This document shows, in pieces, positions 11,490-20,157 of a stretch of 45,462 nucleotides of DNA (position 1 is the first letter of the stretch; each line of letters opens with the position of its first letter). Below the pieces are notes generated by a model that made no database searches, was not told where the DNA came from, and saw nothing but the letters and a program-made list of their open reading frames with translations. The position numbers and the translations under genes are program-made. The stretch is taken from NCBI GenBank assembly GCA_044351865.1, contig JBILEY010000003.1, positions 1-45,462 on the forward strand, in the 5' to 3' direction. The stretch comes from Planctomycetota bacterium. Its GTDB lineage: Bacteria > Planctomycetota > UBA1135 > UBA2386.

Positions 11490-13250
11490 TCACAGCACGT
11501 CGAGCTGGGTCACGCGCAGCACTTCGTCGGGCGTCGTCATGCCGTGCAGCAGCTTCTGCACGCCCGACATGCGCAGCGTCTTCAGGCCGCGCTCCAGCGC
11601 GCCGCGCTTGATCGTGCTGGCGGTCGCCTTGTTGACGATCTGCTCCTGGATGTGGGTGTCGATCGGCATCACCTCGTAGATCGCGGTGCGGCCGGCGTAG
11701 CCCGAACGGAAGCACTCGTCGCAGCCCTTGCCCTTCATCAGCTTGCCGTCGGGGAACTGGTCGATCGACAGCTTCAGGTCCTCCAGGTGGTAGAGCATCT
11801 CCTGGGTCGGCGTGACCGGTTCGCGGCAGTTGGGGCACAGCGTGCGCAGCAGGCGCTGGGCGATGACCAGCAGCAGCGACGACGACACGAGATACGGCTC
11901 GACGCCGATGTCGATCAGGCGCGTCACCGTCGACGCCGAGTCGTTGGTGTGCACCGTCGAGAACACCAGGTGTCCGGTCAGTGCGGCGCGGATGGCGATG
12001 TCGGCGGTCTCGTTGTCGCGGACTTCGCCGACCATCATCACGTCGGGGTCCTGGCGCAGGAACGAGCGCAGGCCGGCGGCGAAGGTCAGGCCCTTCTTGA
12101 CGTTGACCTGCACCTGGCTGATGCCGTCGAGGTTGTATTCGACCGGGTCCTCGATGGTCAGGATGTTGAGGTCCGGCGCGTTGATCGCGTCGAGGCACGC
12201 GTAGAGCGTCGTCGTCTTGCCCGAGCCGGTGGGGCCGGTGACGAAGATGACGCCGTGGCTGTAGTTGATGTAGCGACGGATCGTGCGCTCGGCTTCGTTC
12301 TCGAGGCCGATCTGGTCGAGCGAGTAGATCTTCGTCGTCTTGTCGAGGATGCGGAACACGACGCGTTCGCCACCGGCGACTGGCACCGTGCTGATGCGCA
12401 CGTCGACGTCGCCGTCGCCGACGCGGATCGACGCGCGGCCGTCCTGTGGCAGGCGGCGCTCGGCGATGTCCATCTTCCCCATGACCTTGACGCGCGAGAT
12501 GATCGCTTCCTGCGCGCGCTTGGGGACCGACTCCATGTCGTAGAGCACGCCGTCGATGCGCATGCGTACCTGCAGGCGGTCGGCGTAGGGCTGGAGGTGG
12601 ATGTCCGAGGCGCGCAGCTTCAGCGCCTGGAACAGCAGCATGTTGACCAGCTTGATGACCGGCGCCTTGTTGGCGTCGAGCAGGTCCTCCGACTCCTGGA
12701 TGTTCTCGGCGATGGACACGATGTCCGTGTCCTTGACGTCCTGGAGCGCTTCGTCGACGCCGTCGGCCTTGTGGCGGTAGGCGCGGTTGATCAGGTTGGC
12801 GACCTCGCCGCGCGTCGCCAGCACCGCTTCGACCTCGCGCCCGAGCAGCGTCGCCAGGTCGTCCATCGGCTGCACTTCGAGCGGCTTGTGCGTCGCCACG
12901 CGCAGCAGCGAGCCAGTGTCCTCGATGGCGATCAGGCCGTGCGTGCGCGCGAACTGCACCGGGATCTGGTGGATGAACACTCCCGGCACGCCGACGCCGT
13001 CGAGGCTCGGCCGGAACTCGAGGCCGAGCATCTGGGCGAAGAACTCGAGGCACTTGCTCTCGGACAGCAGGTTCTTGCTGACCAGCACCTGGTCGAGCTG
13101 CTGCCCGGTCTCGCGTTCGGCCTTCAGCGCGTCCTCGATCTGCGCCGCCGTCAGCCCGGCCTTGCGCAGCAGGCTCTCGCGGATGCGATCACTGCGCACA
13201 GCCGGGGCCGTGCCGGCACCCGGACCCGCTCCCGGAGTGCCGTTGCTCAT
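11490..13250 (-). CDS. gspE: Type II secretion ATPase GspE (PulE/PilB family)
   Basis: The likely start is ATG 13250, which overlaps the gspD stop; the track's longer N-terminus is spurious. Motifs: ASDIH, DIAERRLPQDG, Walker [45 protein letters not shown] and tetracysteine CPNC...CDEC. Confidence 0.95.
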   Translation of the reverse strand: MSNGTPGAGPGAGTAPAVRSDRIRESLLRKAGLTAAQIEDALKAERETGQQLDQVLVSKNLLSESKCLEFFAQMLGLEFRPSLDGVGVPGVFIHQIPVQFARTHGLIAIEDTGSLLRVATHKPLEVQPMDDLATLLGREVEAVLATRGEVANLINRAYRHKADGVDEALQDVKDTDIVSIAENIQESEDLLDANKAPVIKLVNMLLFQALKLRASDIHLQPYADRLQVRMRIDGVLYDMESVPKRAQEAIISRVKVMGKMDIAERRLPQDGRASIRVGDGDVDVRISTVPVAGGERVVFRILDKTTKIYSLDQIGLENEAERTIRRYINYSHGVIFVTGPTGSGKTTTLYACLDAINAPDLNILTIEDPVEYNLDGISQVQVNVKKGLTFAAGLRSFLRQDPDVMMVGEVRDNETADIAIRAALTGHLVFSTVHTNDSASTVTRLIDIGVEPYLVSSSLLLVIAQRLLRTLCPNCREPVTPTQEMLYHLEDLKLSIDQFPDGKLMKGKGCDECFRSGYAGRTAIYEVMPIDTHIQEQIVNKATASTIKRGALERGLKTLRMSGVQKLLHGMTTPDEVLRVTQLDVL

Positions 13251-15700
13251 TGCGGCTGGCTCCCGTTCGGGTTCGCCGGGTTCGACTGGCTGCCCGGCGC
13301 CCCGGGGGCGCTCGGTGCACTCGGCGCGCCGGTGGCGGCAGCGCGGCTGCGGCGGCTGGCGCCGCCGAGCTCGTAGCCGCCCTGGCGGTCGAGGTCCTCG
13401 TAGGTGGCGCCGACGTCCTCGAGCGTGCGCGGCTCCTCGACGCGGTTCGGCGTGTAGCGCTTGTCGATGATCTGCAGGCGGCGGTCGCCGATGTAGTCCT
13501 TGGCCTCGAGCTTCTTGTTCAGGCTGACGTAGTAGAGGTCCTGGAAGTCGTCCTCGTCGAGGATCGTCGGCGTGACGAAGAAGTAGAGGTTCGTCTTCTT
13601 CCGTTCGTCCTCGCCGCGGCGGAACAGGATGCCGAGCAGCGGGATGTCCTTCAGGATCGGGATGCCGCCGTTGTTGCTCGACTCCTGGTCTTCGATCACA
13701 CCGCCGATGACCATCGTCGCGTCGCTCGGCATCGTCACCTGCGTCTTGATCGAGCGGCTCTGGGTGATGCCGCCACCGGTCACCGAGTTCGGGTCGAAGG
13801 CGCCGACGAAGCGGCTGACCGTCAGGTTGATGTTGAGGCGCAGGTAGTTGTTCGGCGAGATCGTCGGCGAGATCTCGAGCGAGATGCCGGCCTCGCGCGG
13901 CTGGCCGACGCCACTCTGCGTGGTCGCCGTGCCCTGGTTCTGCGTCTGCGTCGGGCGCGACTCCTTGGTCTCGACGGTCGCGCTGGCGTTGTTGTTCACC
14001 AGCACGCTCGGCAGCGACAGGATGTTGGCGCGGTCGTCGGTCGACAGCGCGTTGATCAGCAGCGGCACCGCGAAGTCGCCGCCGCTGATGATGCCGCCGG
14101 TGATGCCCTGCAGCGGGTTGTCGAAGTCGGGCAGGCGGGTGTCGGGCAGGCCGTCGTCGTCGGTGTCCTCGAACACCGACTGTCCGAAGCTGGTGAAGCC
14201 GAAGCCGCGGGTGAAGTCGCCGTCGTCCTTCAGGTCGATCAAGCCGAGTTCGACACCGAAGCGGTCGAGGTCGCCGGTGGTCAGTTCGACCAGCGCCGCC
14301 TCGATCAGCACCTGCGGTTGCCGGCGGTCGAGCTTGTCGATCAGCAGCTGGATCTGCTTCCACTTGGTGCCGGCGGCCGAGACGACGAGCGAGTTGCTCT
14401 CCTCGTGCGCCTGGATGACCGTGCGGCGGGTGCGGCGGGCCGCCGAAGCGCCGGGGCCGGTGGTCTGCTGCGCCTGCTGCTCGGCCTGCACGTCCTCCTG
14501 CAGGAACTGGTTCAGCGTCTGGCGCAGGTCGGTGGCCAGCACGTTCTTCAGGTTGATGACGTTGGCGGCGCCGTCGACCGGCTGGCCGGGCACGTCGAGG
14601 CGCGCGACCAGGTCCAGGGCCTCGCGCACCTGTTCGCCGGTGCCGCTGAGCACCAGCGCCTTCTGCGAACTGTGCACGACGACCTTCAGCTGCGGCTGGC
14701 CGGACGCGCCGGGAACGCCACCGCCGCCGGCGCCAGCGCTCTCCTGCAGCACCTGCTGGCGGATCTTGCTGCGGCTCTCGAGCACTTCCGTCAGGATCGG
14801 CTCGAGCTCTTCGGGCGCCTGCTGTTCGAGCACGACGACCTGCACGACGAGGTTCGGCTGCTCGAGCGGCACGTCGACCAGCTTCAGCAGCTCGACGGCG
14901 GCGTAGACCTGCGGACCGAAGCCCTGCAGCAGCATCGCCGAGGCGTTGCCGGCGTTGCCGAGCGTCAGCGTGCCGCCGCCGGTCGGGGCGCCGGTGCTGG
15001 CGAAGAACGGCCGCAGCGCGTTGGTGGCGATGGTGGCGTTGATGTTCTTCAACTGCACCGTCGTCAGGATCGGCACGCCGGTCTGGTTGCGGTACTCCGG
15101 CACCTTGTCCGGCGTCACGTAGATGGCGCCGTTGGTGACCTCGCGGCCGCGCGCGCCGACCATCGACACGATCTCAAGGATCTCGAGCTCGCCGGCGCCG
15201 CGCGGCACGACTGCGAGGCCCTTGATGTAGAGCATCGTCTGGAAGAACGAGAAGAAGTCCTCGGCGAAGCGGTCGCGCTTGATGCGGAACGTGCCGAGGA
15301 AGCTGACCGTCGAGCTGCCGCCCTGGGTGCCGGTCGTCAGGTCGGTCGCGTTGAAGGTGAACCGCTTCTTGGTCACCTCCTGCGCCCACTTGATGAACTC
15401 GGTCAGCTCCATGCCGTTCGTCTCGTTCATCGAGAAGGCGATGGTGTCGCCGTCGACGACGAGCGCCGGGCCGCCCTGCGGGTTCTGGGTGCCGCCAGGT
15501 CCCTGTGCGCCAGGTCCCTGTGCGCCAGATCCCTGTGCGCCAGGCGCCTGGGTGCCCGCCCCTTGCGCACCTGCACCCTGGGCACCAGCACCTTGGGCAC
15601 CAGCAGCGCCGGTCGGCGGCGGCCCGCCGCCTTGGTTCCGCGCGATCGCCGGCAGTGCCAAGGCCGCGCACGCAGCCATCTGGACGGCCCACCGCATCAT
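13247..15700 (-). CDS. gspD: Type II secretion secretin GspD
   Basis: Signal peptide MMRWAVQMAACAALALPAIA (start could lie as far up as 15799). N-domain repeats end in LDVP / IDKLDRRQPQVLIEAALVE. Secretin domain has NILSLPSVLVNNN, GISLEISPTIS, VIGGVI, IPILKDIPLLGILFR and NLYFFVTPTIL. It lies upstream of gspE-gspF. Confidence 0.92.
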   Translation of the reverse strand: MMRWAVQMAACAALALPAIARNQGGGPPPTGAAGAQGAGAQGAGAQGAGTQAPGAQGSGAQGPGAQGPGGTQNPQGGPALVVDGDTIAFSMNETNGMELTEFIKWAQEVTKKRFTFNATDLTTGTQGGSSTVSFLGTFRIKRDRFAEDFFSFFQTMLYIKGLAVVPRGAGELEILEIVSMVGARGREVTNGAIYVTPDKVPEYRNQTGVPILTTVQLKNINATIATNALRPFFASTGAPTGGGTLTLGNAGNASAMLLQGFGPQVYAAVELLKLVDVPLEQPNLVVQVVVLEQQAPEELEPILTEVLESRSKIRQQVLQESAGAGGGGVPGASGQPQLKVVVHSSQKALVLSGTGEQVREALDLVARLDVPGQPVDGAANVINLKNVLATDLRQTLNQFLQEDVQAEQQAQQTTGPGASAARRTRRTVIQAHEESNSLVVSAAGTKWKQIQLLIDKLDRRQPQVLIEAALVELTTGDLDRFGVELGLIDLKDDGDFTRGFGFTSFGQSVFEDTDDDGLPDTRLPDFDNPLQGITGGIISGGDFAVPLLINALSTDDRANILSLPSVLVNNNASATVETKESRPTQTQNQGTATTQSGVGQPREAGISLEISPTISPNNYLRLNINLTVSRFVGAFDPNSVTGGGITQSRSIKTQVTMPSDATMVIGGVIEDQESSNNGGIPILKDIPLLGILFRRGEDERKKTNLYFFVTPTILDEDDFQDLYYVSLNKKLEAKDYIGDRRLQIIDKRYTPNRVEEPRTLEDVGATYEDLDRQGGYELGGASRRSRAAATGAPSAPSAPGAPGSQSNPANPNGSQPQ
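15493..15610 (-). repeat. 15-bp tandem repeat encoding (GAQGx)n linker at the GspD N-terminus
   Basis: CCCTGTGCGCCAGGT-like units; protein reads GAQGAGAQGAGAQGAGTQAPGAQGSGAQGPGAQGPGG. Confidence 0.8.
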
Positions 15701-15971
15701 GGCTCGGGCTGCGTTCCCCCGCGGCTGGGTCTGGATCGTGGAGCGAACGGGTTCCCGAGAGAGTGAGGTGTCGGCCATCATCATTGCGAACTCGGACACG
15801 GGTCGGCGGTGGATCCGCCTGCGACGGGGTCGCGTCGCGTTTTATTTCCGCTCGACGGCGCAAGGAAGCGTCGAGTCCTGGTTTCCGACTTTCCGTTTGC
15901 GCCGTTCGCATGGCGTCGGTTCATTCGCGCTGGCTGCGACGAGGTGACTCGCGCAGTTCTCGCCGCGGGCC

Positions 15972-16442
15972 ATGAAGCTGTCCGAACTGATCACCAGCGA
16001 CCTCGTCGAAGTGCCGCTGCGCGCTGCCGACAAGTGGGAGGCCCTCGCGGCCATCGCCCGCATCCCAGCACGCGCCGGTCGTTATCCGCAGAGCCTGGTG
16101 CCGACCGTCGAGCAAGCGCTGGTCGTGCGCGAACGCAGCATGACCACCGGCATGGAGGACGGCATCGCCATCCCGCATGCGGCGATCGACGGCATCGACG
16201 AGTTGATCGCCGTGCTCGGCTTGAACCCGGTCGGCATCCCGTTCGAGACGCTCGACGGCGCCCCGGCCCGGATCATCATCGGCCTGGTGATCCCGCGGGC
16301 ACGCAAGCTGGCGCACATCAAGACGCTGGCCGAGATCGCAAAGCTGCTGTCGCGCGCCGACGTGCGCGAGCGGCTGCTGCGCTGCACCGACGCCGAGAGC
16401 GCGGTGCGTGCGCTGGCCGAGGTGCAAGGGGCTCCCCGCTAG
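15972..16442 (+). CDS. PTS IIA domain protein (EIIA-Ntr/Fru family, PtsN-like)
   Basis: 156 aa; RERSMTTGMEDGIAIPHA with the phospho-His, GIPFETLDGAP and HIKTLAEIAKLL. Confidence 0.88.
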   Translation: MKLSELITSDLVEVPLRAADKWEALAAIARIPARAGRYPQSLVPTVEQALVVRERSMTTGMEDGIAIPHAAIDGIDELIAVLGLNPVGIPFETLDGAPARIIIGLVIPRARKLAHIKTLAEIAKLLSRADVRERLLRCTDAESAVRALAEVQGAPR

Positions 16443-16449
16443 AGTCGCC

Positions 16450-19134
16450 ATGGCATCGGAGACGGCAGTCGGCGCCCCCGCGGGTGCCCCGGGGAATCGT
16501 CGTCTGCAGCGCTCCGGCGAAGCCGACGCGCCGCCGGCGCTGGCCCCGTGCCCGCTGCAGGAGCCCGGTATCCTGCTGCGCATGATCACGCCCGAACCGA
16601 GCCCGATGCCGCCGTCCCGCGATGGGGCGGCACGTGACGGTGCGGCCGCGGCCGGCGAGAGCGGCGGCGGGCACGGCGGTGACGCGCCGAAGCGGGCCGC
16701 GGGGTCGTTCGACCGTCGGGCGGCGCTGGCGGCGCCGGGCCTCGGTGCTTCGCTGGCGGCCTACGTGCTGTCCCTGTTGGCAGCGGAACGCCAGCTGCTG
16801 CCGTTCGGAGCGAACGGCGGGCTTGGGGCTGCCCTCTGCGTCCTGCTGTTCGCCGCTGCCGCGCTGCTGGTGCGGCGTGCACGGGCTCGCTTGCCACTGG
16901 CTGGTGGTGCCGCGTTGCTGCTGGCAGCTGCTGGAGTGCTGCAACTGGCGGCGGTTGGGCCAACCGCGATGCTGGCGGTGCTGGCCGCGGCGCTGGGACT
17001 CGTCGCCGGCACCGCGACGCTCGGAACGCGCCACGTCGCCGTGGCTGCCGCCACCGCCGCAGCGGTGGCCGCCGTCTGGAGCCAGGTGCCGCGCCTTGCC
17101 GCCGACCCGCTGTGGATGGCGAGCATCGCCTCGGCGCTGTGGAGCTTGTGCCTCGTCGGCGATGGCGACGCCGCGGCCGCGGCCACCAGCGCGCCGTCGA
17201 CGCGCAATCGTCGCCTGCTGTTCGGCCTCGCGTTCGCGATCGCCGTGGCCGCGGTGTGGTGTGCCGACGCCGAGGCCTTGGCCGCGTGGTGGGCTATGGC
17301 CGCATTGGTCGGCACCGCCCTCGCGGCGGTCGGCGGCCGCGTCGCCCCACTGGCCGCCGGCAGCCTCGGCCTCTCGCTGCTCTTCGCGTGGACGGCCTTC
17401 GCCAGCGACCTCGAACCGTGGCGCCGCCGCGTGCTGGCGCGCGCCGGCGGTGCCGCCGCCGTCTACGACCGCCGCGCGCACGAACTGCAGCTGCAGGTCG
17501 GCGGCGTCGTGGTCGACGCGGCCGGGCCCGAGCGCCACGAAGGGCCGCTGCTGGCGACGTTGGTGTTGGCGCTGACGCAGCCCGGCGATCGGGTGCTGGC
17601 CCTCGGTGCTGGCACCGGCCAGGCGCTGGATCTGCTGCGCAGCACGGGCCAGGTCGCCCTGGACGTCGTCGATCCGCGGCCAGGCACGGCCGCACTGCGT
17701 TCGCGGCTGCGCCAGCACGGCCCGGTGCCGGCGCCGGGTGCGGTGGCCATGCCGCCCGCCGACGAACGGCCGGCGGCGATTGCGCCGGTGCTCGCCGCGG
17801 CGGCGCCCGGCTCGCGGCAGGCGGTCGTGGTCGTCGAGCCGCTGGCGCTCGCGCACGAAGTCGACGCTGCCGCTGCGGTCGCCGCGGCGTGCGCGGTCGT
17901 CGGCGACGGCTACCTGCTGCAGACGGTGGCGCTCGATCGCGCGGCGGCGAGCGACCTGCAGCGTCTGTTCGCAGCCGCGATGGCGACGGCGGCCTGGAAC
18001 GGCCTGTTCGTCGTCGGCGATGCGGCGGTGCTGGTCAGCGGGCCGCGGCCGATCGCGTGGTCGACGGTGACGCCGTGGTCGGCATGGAGCGACGAAGCGC
18101 GCTGGCTCGCGCATCGCGCGCACTGCGGCGACGTCGCCGACCTGCAGCGCGCGTTGCTCGGCACGCTGCGGTGGCCGGACACCACCGCCGACGCCGTGGC
18201 CGAGGCCGGTTCGGGCTCGGGCCGTGCGGCCAGCCTGTCCGTGCTGCGGGACTGGCTGGTGGCGGCACCCGAACTGCCGTCATCGCCGGCGGGCTCGACG
18301 CTGCTGCGCTGGCAGGCGCTGCAGGCGGAACTGCGGCAGACCGCGGCGGCCCTGCTGGCGCTCGGGCCCGATGTCGGCAGCCGCGCCGAGGCGCAGCGGC
18401 TGGCGGCGCGCTTCCTGCCGATCGGCGCACCGACGGCGTTGCTGCAGGCGGCCCTCGGCACCGCCGGTGCAGACGGGGTCGCGCTGTTGGCGCCGTCGTT
18501 GGCGAGCCGACGCGCGCACGCGCTCGATCCGACGTTCTTCGCCGACGTGCCGCCGTTCGCCCGCGAACTGCCGGTCGTGCGCGGCGATGCCGGAGCGCTC
18601 GAGGACCTCGCCTGGCTGCCGCCGCGACCGCGGCTCGCTGTCGCGTGCACGGGCCCGGACCCGCGGGCGCTGGCGCTGCGCGCGCGCTTCCCTTCGTCGT
18701 GTGCGCGGGCGCTGCTGGACGCTTTGGCGGCGGCTCCGCTCGACGACGTCGGGATCGAGGCCCTGCGCGAACTCGCCGACCCGTTCGTGCTGGCCGAAGC
18801 CGCGAACGTGCTGGCACCTCGCGAGCGGTTGCGCGAACTGTTGTCGCTGTGGCGCGCCGACCTGCCGCTCCCCGCAGCGCTGCGTTCGCTGCTCGCTGGT
18901 TCGAGCGAGGATCGGCTGTCGCTGGCGGCGGCACTGCGCGGGCGTCGCGAGCCGAGTTGCCGACCGGTGCTCGCCGAGTTGCTGCTCGACAGCGCGCTGT
19001 CGGTGCGCCGCCTCGCTGCCGAAGCGCTGGTGGCGGTGCACGGCGAACTGATCCCGTACGATCCGTCCGGTTCCGAAACCCAACGCGCCGCTGCGGCGGA
19101 TCGGCTGCGCTCGTTGCATAATCGCGCGCCATGA
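16450..19134 (+). CDS. Multi-pass membrane protein fused to a divergent spermidine-synthase-like/SAM-binding domain and a C-terminal HEAT-like region
   Basis: Many hydrophobic helices in the N-terminal third. Then LQVGGVVVD...PGDRVLALGAGTGQ...ALDVVDPRP (Rossmann GxGxG plus acidic residue) and C-terminal LAELLLDSALSVRRLAAEAL. Stop overlaps the lpxD start. The start is uncertain (16408, 16450 or later). Confidence 0.55.
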   Translation: MASETAVGAPAGAPGNRRLQRSGEADAPPALAPCPLQEPGILLRMITPEPSPMPPSRDGAARDGAAAAGESGGGHGGDAPKRAAGSFDRRAALAAPGLGASLAAYVLSLLAAERQLLPFGANGGLGAALCVLLFAAAALLVRRARARLPLAGGAALLLAAAGVLQLAAVGPTAMLAVLAAALGLVAGTATLGTRHVAVAAATAAAVAAVWSQVPRLAADPLWMASIASALWSLCLVGDGDAAAAATSAPSTRNRRLLFGLAFAIAVAAVWCADAEALAAWWAMAALVGTALAAVGGRVAPLAAGSLGLSLLFAWTAFASDLEPWRRRVLARAGGAAAVYDRRAHELQLQVGGVVVDAAGPERHEGPLLATLVLALTQPGDRVLALGAGTGQALDLLRSTGQVALDVVDPRPGTAALRSRLRQHGPVPAPGAVAMPPADERPAAIAPVLAAAAPGSRQAVVVVEPLALAHEVDAAAAVAAACAVVGDGYLLQTVALDRAAASDLQRLFAAAMATAAWNGLFVVGDAAVLVSGPRPIAWSTVTPWSAWSDEARWLAHRAHCGDVADLQRALLGTLRWPDTTADAVAEAGSGSGRAASLSVLRDWLVAAPELPSSPAGSTLLRWQALQAELRQTAAALLALGPDVGSRAEAQRLAARFLPIGAPTALLQAALGTAGADGVALLAPSLASRRAHALDPTFFADVPPFARELPVVRGDAGALEDLAWLPPRPRLAVACTGPDPRALALRARFPSSCARALLDALAAAPLDDVGIEALRELADPFVLAEAANVLAPRERLRELLSLWRADLPLPAALRSLLAGSSEDRLSLAAALRGRREPSCRPVLAELLLDSALSVRRLAAEALVAVHGELIPYDPSGSETQRAAAADRLRSLHNRAP

Positions 19135-20132
19135 CGGCAACAGGCTTGGCGAACATCACGGTCTCGGCGTTGGCCAGGCTGGTGGGCGGGCGGGTGGTCG
19201 GCGACGACACGCGCACGATCGTCGGTCTCGGCGATCTGCGCACCGCCGGGCCGGATCGCATCGGCTTCGTGCGCGACGTGCGCTACCACACCGTCGCCCA
19301 GGCGACGCGCGCCGGCGCCTTGTTGTCGACCACCGAACTCACCACCACCGCCAGCCAGATCCTCGTCGCCGACGTCGACGTCGCCTACGCCAAGGTGGCG
19401 ATGCACTTCCACCCGACGCCGCGCGCGCACGAGCACGCTGTGCACCCGACGGCGGTCGTGCACGCGGAAGCACAGTTCCTGGGGCCGGTGCAGATCGGGC
19501 CCCGCGCCGTCGTCGGCCGTTCCCGCATCGGCGGCGGCACCGTGTTGATGGCCGGTGCCGTGATCGGCGACGACTGCGTGCTCGGCGACGACTGCCTCGT
19601 GCACCCGAACGCGACGATCTACGCCGGCACGCAGATCGGCAAACGTTGCATCGTGCACGCCAATGCCGTGCTCGGCAGCGATGGCTTCGGCTACGCGCAG
19701 GAGAACGGCGTCTGGCTGAAGGTGCCGCAACTCGGCAACCTGGTCGTCGACGACGACGTCGAGGTCGGCGCCAACACGGCGATCGACCGCGCCACGCTGG
19801 GCAGCACGCGCATCGGCGCCCGCACCAAGATCGACAACCTGTGCCACATCGCACACAACTGCGTGATCGGCACCGACGTCGCCATCGCCGCCGGCTGTGG
19901 CATCGCCGGCTCGACGACGATCGGCAACCGCTGCGTGATCGCCGGTGGTGTCGGCATCAGCGGCCACCTGAAGATCGCCGACGACGTGCGACTCGGCGGT
20001 GGCACCATCGCCCTCAAGGACCTGCCGAAGGCCGGCGACTACATGGGGCACCCGGTGCTCGAGAAGCGGCGCTTCCTGCGCCTGCTGCGCGTGCTGCGCG
20101 GGCTCGTGCCGGGCCGCGAAGAGAGCGAGTGA
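19131..20132 (+). CDS. lpxD: UDP-3-O-(3-hydroxyacyl)glucosamine N-acyltransferase
   Basis: LpxD N-domain plus hexapeptide repeats; GSDGFGY, KVPQLGNLVVDDDVEVGANTAIDR and KIDNLCHIAHNC. Confidence 0.95.
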   Translation: MTATGLANITVSALARLVGGRVVGDDTRTIVGLGDLRTAGPDRIGFVRDVRYHTVAQATRAGALLSTTELTTTASQILVADVDVAYAKVAMHFHPTPRAHEHAVHPTAVVHAEAQFLGPVQIGPRAVVGRSRIGGGTVLMAGAVIGDDCVLGDDCLVHPNATIYAGTQIGKRCIVHANAVLGSDGFGYAQENGVWLKVPQLGNLVVDDDVEVGANTAIDRATLGSTRIGARTKIDNLCHIAHNCVIGTDVAIAAGCGIAGSTTIGNRCVIAGGVGISGHLKIADDVRLGGGTIALKDLPKAGDYMGHPVLEKRRFLRLLRVLRGLVPGREESE

Positions 20133-20157
20133 TCGAGGGGCCGGGCGACGCTGGCGT

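Noticed and set aside
13251-14363. Apparent long N-terminal extension of GspE (likewise for RlmN 30128-31327, the response regulator 20910-22124 and the anti-sigma 26801-26989)
   Set aside because: These are off-frame read-through across real neighbouring genes. The better starts overlap the upstream stops, so they are not fusions or frameshifts.
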